Shown: positions 13,332 through 23,287 of the stretch, one piece after another | Layout of the letters: each line of letters starts with the position of its first letter | How positions within the stretch are numbered: position 1 is the stretch's first letter | NCBI GenBank assembly: GCA_964016885.1 | Contig: OZ024742.1 | Coordinates: forward strand, 325,438,001-325,502,000 | Length of the DNA: 64,000 nt | Reading direction: 5' to 3' | Origin: Eledone cirrhosa | Lineage: Eukaryota | Notes under the pieces: model-generated | What the model was told of the DNA's origin: nothing | The model's input: the letters and a program-made list of their open reading frames with translations, nothing else | The model's database searches: none | Translations under genes and position numbers: made by a program

Positions 13332-13538
13332 TTTTTTCAAAGAAATTTTTGGATATAATAAAAGTTAAAATTTTGGGCACAAGGCCCCAATCTTTTTGGG
13401 TGTCCTTTTCGGAAAACAATGTATGTGTGCTTATAAACAGTTTACAATAAAATTTTCCATAAATGGCAATTTTTAAACAAACGGAAATAACAAACCTTTG
13501 CGGAGCTCACGATAATACGATTTCCTACGTAGGTCGCC

Positions 13539-13594
<56 letters not shown>
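13539..13594 (+). repeat. (TAA)n junction tract A2|B2 (head-to-head)
   Basis: Direct reading. Confidence 0.98.
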
Positions 13595-16500
13595 GGGAAG
13601 AAGACGCACGAGGTGACGGAGGTCATGAAATCGCTCCCGTAAGTTTTGAATTTTTAACATATTTAAATCATTTGTGAAATAACAACTCTTAGTACAAATG
13701 CTACGTAAAGCACCCGGCTTGAGCCCCAAAAAATTCGGACCCAAAATATATTGTTATAAGGCTCAAATATTCAAATATTCAACTTTGTATTGTACACTGT
13801 ATATCCCCCCCAAAAAAATGGCTATAAATGGAAGAAGAAGAAACCCCCCCCTCCTCTCCTCTGGCTACACTATATAGGACAGCTAAACTCACCAACACCA
13901 GAAACTAGATACACCACCCACCCCATCATCTGTGTACACTAAACACAACAGCATTTTCACCTTCACCGCCACCGCTCACTACGGCCATCATTACCACCAC
14001 TATCCCATCACCGCCGCCACCACCCCTTGACTCCTTCACTGCTGCTGCCACCGCTACAGCACCATCACTACAGTAATACGGTCGCATCACCGCCACCACT
14101 GCCTCGGTATCGACATCACCACCACCACTGTCTCAGTATCGCCAACGCCGCCAGTCTCTGCTGGCTGCCACTTCCACATTATAGAATTCCTACTACTAAC
14201 AAAGAGGAAGGCATCAAAATATATAGATAGACTCAAAAGAAAAAAGAAAAAACAAACAACAAAACCAAAGCAGCACAGCAACAACAGCAAAAAACGAGAA
14301 AAACAAACAGAGAAAAACAAAAACAAAAAAAGAAACCCCAAAAACGTAAAGAAAATAAGAATGAAGAGAGAAGCAGGCGGACGGACAGAGAAGAGGGGGG
14401 AAAAAGTAAAACTTAAAAAACAAAAACTAAGTCAGACATTCGAATACTACATTACAATGAAACTTATGCTTATTCATTTTTGGGGCCCTTTCTGCCCGTG
14501 TGTTTGTTTGTTTATGTGTGTTCGTATACAGCGTGGTGATAATGCCACACAAGGGCCAAGTGGGATGGCGGATCCACAGATGGCTATGTAAACATACATT
14601 CGCCAATCCTCGATAAGAGTGTTTAAATATCGAACATAAACAGTTCGAATAACGGTGAAATGGAGACTAGAACGTCATGTGACAGACTCTCACCCAACAG
14701 GTGCCCCCTGGCTCAGCAGCAGGAACCTGACTGTCAACCAAATACTGCTGATGTTGGAGGAATAAGAAGAAGGAAAGGGGCCAGAACCAACTGGACGAAA
14801 GAATTGAATAGAACTGTTATGCAATGCTACCTGAAAAGTAACCCCAAGGAGAGGGGCTACAGGAGACGGATGCATAACATCTGGAACGAGATTGGTTTAT
14901 TTAAATTAGATGAACAAAAATTGGCCGGGCAGGCTCGGGTAATAAGAACTAATGGGTGGATAAGCGAGCTGGAACTGGAGGAACTGAGCAGAGAGAATGG
15001 CTTGGAGATGGCGGGTGTAGTATGCCAGACAAGCGAGCCGGCGGGAAATGAAGGTGAGGAGGTCCTGAGAACGGAGGAACCACCCGAAGCAGACAATGAT
15101 CTGAATACTGAGATAAATAATACCTGGAACAGAGATACGGCCACTGAGGAGATGAATGCTGACGGGCTAGGACAAGATTCGGTTGACATCCTAAATTTAG
15201 TGGTAGATGAGTTGAACAATGATAGTGGGAGACCTATGAACCTAAGATTTGTAGACAGGAAAAAGTTAAAAGAAACAACAGCTAAGGTAAACAAAGTCAT
15301 CCCATACCTTGAGGCGAGGAGTCTTCACCAGTGCAACAATATCCTCAAAGCAACAGCAAATACGGTGAGGAAACTACTTGGTATAAAAGCGAGAGGAAAC
15401 AACAGACAAGAAAGAGCAGAGCCTTGGTGGAAGAAGCGACTGAGTGGGCAAATCGGGGAAATGAGAAATGACATAGGAAAGCTTGAGTCACTACTGAATG
15501 GGACACTAAAAAACATAGGCACTAAAAATAGACTGGAAATAAAATACAAAACTAGGAGTAAAAAGCTAAATATTATCATAGAGGAATTGAAGCAACGCAT
15601 TGTAGCAAAGAGTGCCAAAATCAGGCGATACGAGAACAGAGTCAGTCAGTATAAACAGAACCGCATGTTCGACAACAACCAGAAGATGCTGTTTGGACAG
15701 CTTGAGGGGAAAGAAAGAGGCAACGACTTGATCCCTGGGGCGGAACAAGCTAAAACATTCTGGAGAGGAATATGGGAGCAGGATGTTAGACACAATGCCC
15801 AGGCAGGGTGGATTGAGACAGTACAGAGGGAGATCGGTGAGCAGGCACAACAACAGACTGATTTGAGTATCACAGTTGAAACTCTTAAGCGGCAAGCCAA
15901 AAAACTAACCAACTAGAAATCACCAGGCCCAGATGGTGTGCAGGGGTATTGGATTAAACATTTAACATCCCTCCACCCGAAGCTGACGGCCATGTTCAAT
16001 GAGTGCTTGGTGTCGGGTGAGGTGCCAGAGTGGTTGACAAAAGGTACCACAGTTCTGATAATGAAAGACCGAATCAAGGGTAATGATGTTACCAACTATA
16101 GACCTATCACATGTCTGCCCGTAATGTGGAAACTGTTGACGAGCATTGTGTCTGAGGAAATCTACCATCACCTCCACACAAACAACTTGTTACCGGACGA
16201 ACAGAAAGGATGCCGAAAGAAGTCACGTGGTACAAAGGACCAGTTGCTTATTGATAAGATGGTAATGGGGAATTGCAGGAGGAGACACACTGATCTTGCC
16301 ATGGGATGGATAGACTACAGAAAGGCATTTGACATGGTGCCTCATTCCTGGATCACCAAAAGCCTGGAGATCTTCAGGGTGGCAGATAACATCAGACAGT
16401 TGCTGGGCAGGAGTATGGGGTCCTGGGAGACAGAGTTGACATCAACTGGAGTATCCTTGGGAAGCGTGAAGATCAAGAGAGGTATCTTCCAGGGAGATAG

Positions 16501-18122
16501 CCTGTCCCCTCTGTTGTTTGTCCTTGCCCTGATGCCCTTGACCATTATGCTGCGAAAAGTGAGAGCAGGATACAAGTTGGGAAGGGGAGAGCTTACCATC
16601 AATCACCTCCTCTTCATGGACGATCTTAAGCTCTTCGGGAAAAGTGAGAAGGAGTTGGATGTGCTTGTTGACACTGTCCGTATTTTCAGCAGTGATATAT
16701 GTATGCAGTTTGGTATTGGTAAATGTGGAGTCATTGTGATGAAGAGGGGTAGGTTGAGCAGAAGTAACGGGATCCAGATACCAACAGGTGAGATGATAAA
16801 GGAAATTGACTCTGAGGAAGGATACAAGTATTTGGGCGTTCTGGAGGCTGATGGCATAAAGAACAAAAAAATGAAGGAATTGTTAAGAACTGAATACATT
16901 CGGAGAGTAAGGAGCGTATTGAAGTCACATCTGAACAGCAGAAATGCCATAAGCGCAGTAAATTCCCGAGCTGTGTCTATTATTAGGTACAGTGCGGGAA
17001 TTCTGAGATGGAATGTTGCTGAACAAAAAGAAATGGATAGGAAGACTAGGAAGCTATTGACTATCTACAACATGTTCCACAAGAGGAGTGATGTCGATAG
17101 ACTCTACCTAAGGAGATCTGAGGGTGGAAGAGATCTTATCAGCATAGAGGACTGTGTTCAGATGGAGAAAAACAACCTATACAAATACGTGACCTATAGT
17201 AAGGAGCCAATGCTCAGAGCTGTACTGAAGGAGGGGACAGTAGGCCAGGGGATATCCAAGGAGGAAATAACATCAAGGAGGAAGAGCAGCCTTAAGGGAA
17301 AATCCCTTCATAGTACCTTCTTTGAGAAAACTGAATTTAGAGATCCACAGACATGGAACTGGTTGAGAAGAGGAGACCTCAAAAAGGCTACAGAAGGAAT
17401 GCTAATGGCTGCGCAGGAGCAGGCCCTCAAAACGAAGTGGTTGAAGCACCATATCTACAAGGAGGAGGCTAGCCCACTGTGCAGGATCTGTGGAGAGAGG
17501 ACACTGTGGCTCACATTGTGTCCGAGTGTAAACACCTAGCCCAGACCCAATATAAGGGCTGGAGACACGATGTGATGGGCAGGGTGATCCACTGGCACCT
17601 GTGCAAAGTAAACAATCTACCACATTCTGAGAAATGGTATGAGCATAGGCCAGAGGCGGTGATGGAGAACAGTCAGGTGAAGGTGCTGTGGGATTTTAGG
17701 ATACAGACGGACAAAAAACTGGAGCACAATAGACCTGACCTGGTGGTTGTGGACAAAGAAAAAAGATCGTGCCTGATTGTGGATGTGGCCTGCCCGTTCG
17801 ACACGAGAGTGCAAGAGAAGGAGAGGGAGAAAATTAACCGATACCAGGACCTAAAGTGGGAGGTGAAAAGGATTTGGAACTGCCATGAAGTCAAAGTGAT
17901 CCCGATTGTCATAGGCGCACTGGGGACTATCTCCAAAGGTTTCCAGGGATGGTTAAAGAAAATCGGCCCCTTCACGCTTTTTGGAACGCTTCAAAAGGCA
18001 TGCTTGCTTGGAACAGCAAGAACCCTCCGATACGTCCTGAATATCTGAGGCTGCAGGTAGTGGCTTGATATTCAATCCAACGGGCTTTCCAGTTAACCAA
18101 CATCAATGACTGAGATTCAAGG
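13595..18122 (+). mobile_element. Family B copy B2: near-complete R4/Dong-clade element with a ~1 kb leader
   Basis: ORF 14660-18048 is broken only by TAG at 15914-15916 and a frameshift near 17500. Part of the leader is shared with B1 and B3. Confidence 0.93.
14660..18048 (+). pseudogene. B2 polyprotein: RT, CCHC finger and restriction-like endonuclease
   Basis: QGDSLSP, LFMDD, CRICGE..HIVSEC, WRHD, RPDLVVVD..IVDVACP..EKINRY. Confidence 0.95.
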
Positions 18123-18134
18123 AATAACAATAAC

Positions 18135-18186
<52 letters not shown>

Positions 18187-18194
18187 TTAATAAT
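18123..18194 (+). repeat. (TAA)n tract, last one with TAA on the + strand
   Basis: Direct reading. Confidence 0.98.
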
Positions 18195-19090
18195 GCCCGT
18201 TTACAATTGTTTCGCTAATCTGCATCAAATGATTATAGATCATTATTGATCTGGTTCAGTTGAAGATAATTAACTTAGGCAAAATTAGACCAGCTCATCG
18301 GAACTTCAAAAGGAATAAAAATAAAAATAAAGAATGTTCTATATATTGGTATTTCACTATGGTGGCCTGGGTATATCTATTGTCTGCCATAGTCGAGCAA
18401 TATTCTTCTGTCGAGGCTGCATTGTGTGAGATCTGCCTATGGGTAATAAGATGGCCGCCAATGGACATATTTACCTTACCAATTTGAGGGTGGTTTCAGG
18501 GGAAGTAACTCCTCGAGAAATTAGAAATTGTGCGTAATTTATAGTTAAGAAGTGCTAATTTTTTAATTGAGAGACAATGTAATTGAGAGACAATGTAAGG
18601 GAGGTAACTTATAATTATCTAAGTTAGCTATAACTATTTAACTTATTAGCTATGAGTAAGAATGGGACTAGATGACTATGTTGGGTCAAATATTCTGTTG
18701 GCGAAAGAATTAGCCCTTCGATGTTGACAGCTAATAGTTGCCTCCGTTCTATCATTAATAGGTAGAGGTCGTGGTAGAGTTATGTAATATGCTTCGGTAA
18801 GACAGAGGTCACAAGTGTTTCTTCGTCCTTTGAACGGTTGGGCCCTAGCCAAGATATCACATGCTAGTGAGTGTTCAATGTTGGTTAATTTAAGGTTTTT
18901 AATTAGCCTAGCTAGAGATGTCGAACATCTATTGTTAGGGTCTCTTTTAATTTATATTCCTTTTGAAGTTCCGATGAGCTGCTCTAAATTTACCTAAGTT
19001 AAATATCTTCAAATGAACCAGATCAATAATGATCTATATTTATTTGATCCAGAAGCATTATATGGAGTAGCGAAACAATTGTAAACGGAC
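18195..19090. mobile_element. Fold-back element with ~130 bp imperfect terminal inverted repeats, containing a Penelope-type GIY-YIG endonuclease relic
   Basis: 18195-18320 is the imperfect reverse complement of 18950-19090 (G(C/T)CCGTTTACAATTGTTTCGCTA...GCTCATCGGAACTTCAAAAGGAAT). The minus-strand frame 18676-18951 reads ..STSLARLIKNLK..DILARAQPF..CDLCLTEAYYI..NDRTE..SCQH..DPT*. Confidence 0.75.
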
Positions 19091-19112
19091 ATTATTTTTA
19101 TTATTATTATTA
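19091..19112 (-). repeat. (TTA)n tract, first one with TAA on the - strand
   Basis: Direct reading. Confidence 0.95.
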
Positions 19113-22100
19113 CATTTGCATTTATCTTGCTTTATGTTCATACGAGTTATCACCAAGTCACAACCAGTGACCTCAAGAGACAACAAGGTCCGCCATGTTT
19201 AAGAAAGAACATACATACTCACACATGCATCTTTAGTGTGTGATGTGATCTTTTTCAAGTATGGGAGTTGGTTGATGCTCCCACCAATTCTTTTGATGGG
19301 GCAGGTCAAAATGCTTACACATTATCCAATGTATGTATTGTGCAGCTCTGTCATGCCTGTTTAGGTATTCGGTTGGAGCTATAGGACTGCACATTGAAAT
19401 TATATGGTCAATGGTCTCTGGTTGTTTTTTGCATACACGGCATAATGGGCCACATCCATTTTTTATTATGTTGGCTTGGTAATTTTTTGTTGGCAGACAC
19501 TGATCTTGTGCTGATATAATCAGTCCTTCAGTCTCCGATTTCAGTCCAGAGGATGCCAACCACTGATGGGTTAAAGTTTTGTCAACATCAGGATTGTTAG
19601 CTCGCTCTGGGAATTTTCCATACAGAGGCTTTCTTTGCCATTTCTTAGCCAGTTTCTGTAGCAGTTCTTTCTTTGCAGTTACTTTTACCTGCTTTGCTTT
19701 TTCTGTGTTTTCCATTTCAGCAGTAAATGGGACTTCTGAAATTTGTGGTCCATTACTGTATCTTTGTGCATCTTTTGTAATGGAATATGATCTTTTGATG
19801 CTTTCGTGTTTCAAAACGAGTTTGATCATCCAATCATGTGATTCCCTTAGATATGTAGATAATCCAATTGTTGCAGTTTTCAACGCAATGTCTAACTGGA
19901 TTAACCCACGTCCTCCTTCTTTCCTAGGGAGATATATTCTATCTATATCTGCCTTAGGGTGATGCATTCTGTGCATGGTTAAGAATCTTCGAATTTTTGT
20001 ATCGAGCCTACGGATCTCTGTGCTTGACCAGTTGATGACATTGTAACTGTAGGTTACTACTGGTATGGCAAGCGTGTTTATGGCATCGATCCTATTCCTT
20101 GCATTCAATTCCGTTCTTAAGATTGCTCTTACTCTGCGGTAACATTCCTTCCTTATCCTTTCCCTCATTGTCGAGTGCTTGATACCGTCTCCTTCACAAA
20201 CACCTAGATATTTGTAAGTTTTTGCTTGAAAAAGTTCTCTTATCACGTTCCCCCGATCAAGATTAATGTCTGAACTCTTCAGCAGCTTACCTCTGGTGAA
20301 CGTTGCTTTGGCGCATTTATCTAGTCCAAACTCCATTTTAATGTTATCACTGAACTGCTCCACAGTGGATAATAGCCCTTGCAATTGTTCATCATTTTTT
20401 GCAAATAGTTTCAGGTCATCCATGTAGAACAGGTGATTAATTGTTTTGTCATAGACTTTATATCCAAGTTTTGTTTCATTGAGCATTTTACTTAATGGTA
20501 TAAGTGCGATGCAGAATAAAAGTGGTGATAAAGAGTCACCCTGAAAAATTCCACAATTAATATTAACTTCTCCAGCTTCCAGTGATTTTGTTTCACTATT
20601 CAAAAGGAGTGTCGTTTTCCATGTCTTCATACTGAATGACAAACACCTCCTGACAACGGGGGATATTTTGAAAATCTCTAAACATTTTTCAATCCAACTG
20701 TGTAGCAAACTATCGAATGCTTTTTTATAATCTATCCAAGCAATCGATAGATTTTTGTGTCTATTATGACAATCATCCAGTATCATTTTGTTAACCAGAA
20801 GCTGATCCTTACAGCCATATGAGCCTCGTTTACACCCTTTCTGCTCAATGGAAAATAGGTCATTTGTTATCAGGTGGTCATATGTGTATTCAATTAGGAC
20901 TGATGTTAAAATTTTATACATTGTGGTCAAGCAAGTTATCGGTCTGTAATTTTGGGGATTGTTTCTCTCATCATTCTTCGGTAGCAGGAATGTAATGCAG
21001 TTAACTAGTCATGATGGTATATTTTGTGGCTCCTTAACTATTTCATTGTAAAGTTGGGCTAACAGCTCATGAGACTCTGTGAAGGCATTTATCCAAAAGT
21101 TTTGTATTTTGTCTTTTCCTGGGGATTTCCATTTGCTGGTTTTTCTTAGAGCCAAGCGCAACTGTTCAACTGTTATATTTTCCCATATTTGTTCCTCAAG
21201 GTGAGCTGTATCTTTCATTTGTCTGTCTATCCATGGGGCATGTATGTTATGAAATTTTTCTTCGGCCCAGATCTTTTCCCAGAATTCTTGCACTTTCTCC
21301 TTGGATTATATTGATTTAGCAGTTATTGTTGACTTACCAATTTTTCTGTAGAAGTTTCTTTGGTTGTTTTTTAACATATTATTGTCTTTATAGAATCTAG
21401 ATCGTTTTTCAAAGCGCCTTATACGAGCAGCTTTGGCCGACACTTTTTGCTTGATTATTTCTATCAGCATGTCTATGTCACATGTTGATTTTATACTGTA
21501 CTTTTATTTCAATTTTCTAAGTTTAGTTTGTTTAACATGTTCAGCTAATTTATAGATTGTTAACATTTCTATGTCAGATCGGAGAAGGTTTATTTGGCGA
21601 TTGATGTTCTCTTGCCAAGTAGATTTCTTGTGGGAATTCCTTTGTTTTTTCATCTTCACTCCACATAAGCGAGTGGTGACTTTAGCCGATGCATAATAGA
21701 GATGATTTAAATCAGTAATGTTTAGTTTGTGATGATAATGTTTTTGAGAATTATGTTAGTCTTGTGTATTATCATTTGGTTCTGTTTGGAGTTCTGGCAT
21801 ATTAGGGAGGGTGTCTCGTTGCCCTATGTCAGATTCTTTCATTTTCATCCATTCGATCATAATTTCATCCTTCAAGTTGGCAAGTTCATTCTCATTCATT
21901 TCTTTATCATTTACGATCTCATTAGTTTCATTTGGAGTTTCATCTTGAGCATGCACTCCCTCCACTTTTTCGATCCTTTCTTTAATTTGTTCTGTTGCCA
22001 GTGATTCCGCCCCAACCCTGGGATTCGAAGTGTTACACTTTACCTCGTTTTCTCTGACACATGTTTCATTTTCCCTTCGCTGACTTTGTGCTAATAGCTT

Positions 22101-23014
22101 GATCTGATCAATTTCTATATCAGTTAGTAACTTTTTTCGTACAATATTTCTTCGTATATTGGCTAGTTTATTACTGTCAATATAGCCTCTGTTTTAGGGA
22201 TGTTTCTTTTTCCAATTGATATATGTCTGTTCTGTATTCGATGTATTTGATGGGCAGTACATGGCAGTGTAGAAAGCCTCAAGGACTTCTTTATTATCTT
22301 CCCTTGACCATTTTTCTCTCTGTTTCTTTGGATTTCTTGGTGGTGAGCACGGAGAGCCAACAGTAGCAGTATTCCGGTTATGGGAGGTCTCCAGCTCCGA
22401 AGTGATGGGAAGGTTTGAACCATTAGCTGATTTTTCGACCCCAGTCTGGTTCCTCTCTGAGGGACGCGGCCCTTTTTTACCCGGGTGAAGGCCGAACCGG
22501 TATGAGATTTTATCATTAGACATTTACTTTATTTTGTCGCGTTTTATCCTTATCCGCCAAGGGGTAATCATTTCGTGTTACCACTTCTAGAACGAGTGTC
22601 AACCAAGACTAGAGGGGTCGTTCTCCCCTAGAGACACGGCTATTCCCCGCCGGCCGCCATCCCGGTATTTCTTGGTCACGGGGTTTTCTTTTTGTTGCTT
22701 TTTTAAATTGTTATTATCGTGAGTGGTTCCTTAATGTGAGCATTGCGTGGCTTAAGAATGAAATTATTAATAATTGTCTCCACTCCAGGCACAAGGCCAG
22801 CAATCACCCAGTGCATTACAATAATATAATATACTTTTTGCTGAAGTTGCCTGTTATTGTTGTTGGCTATGTCGGTGGTGGTGCCGGGGCTTTTTATATT
22901 GTTGGTGAGGAAGGGGTGAGCCAGCAGTCCCATAGTTGTTGATGTTAGCGTTTGGCCGGTGGAAGGTCGCTAAGTCAATCTATTTATATCTTTTGCTAGC
23001 CTCTCCCTTGTCTA
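19113..23014 (-). mobile_element. Family C copy C1: second R4/Dong-clade family, 5'-complete, RLE domain deleted at ~19238
   Basis: ORF pieces from 22523 down to 19233. The 565-aa piece has QGDSLSP, FYMDD, CRVC..HIISMC and NRHD. The 3'UTR matches C2-C4. Confidence 0.92.
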
Positions 23015-23018
23015 GTGA

Positions 23019-23076
<58 letters not shown>

Positions 23077-23082
23077 GTTATT
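23019..23082 (-). repeat. (TTA)n junction tract
   Basis: Direct reading. Confidence 0.97.
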
Positions 23083-23236
23083 CCTTGAATCTCAGTCATT
23101 GATGTTGCTTAACTGGAAAGTCCGTTGGAATGAATATCAAGCCACTACCTGCAGCCTCATATATTCAGGACGTATCGGAGGGTTCTTGCTGTTCCAAGCA
23201 AGCATGCCTTTTGAAGCGTTCCAAAAAGCGGGAGGG

Positions 23237-23237
<1 letters not shown>
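23083..23237 (-). mobile_element. Family B 5'-truncated 3' fragment (~155 bp)
   Basis: Reverse complement of B2 ~17970-18122 (..LFGTLQKACLLGTARTLRYVLNI* plus 3'UTR). (TTA)n on both sides. Confidence 0.93.
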
Positions 23238-23273
<36 letters not shown>

Positions 23274-23287
23274 CATCATTATTATTA

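Larger units (their letters stand above)
7653..13538 (-). mobile_element. Family A copy A2: full-length (~5.9 kb) Tx1/L1-clade element
   Basis: 5'UTR, ORF1, ORF2 and a 3'UTR ending AATAAAGAAAAC|(ATT)n. Both ends lie in trinucleotide tracts. Confidence 0.95.

Noticed and set aside
15914-15916. TAG in B2 where B1 has TGG (Trp), in principle repairable by A-to-I editing
   Set aside because: B2 also has a frameshift near 17500, and G>A is an ordinary mutation. There is no evidence for editing control.
18566-18598. 16-bp tandem duplication AATTGAGAGACAATGT in the hinge
   Set aside because: A local slippage-type duplication. It may mark the junction between the arms, but nothing further can be inferred.
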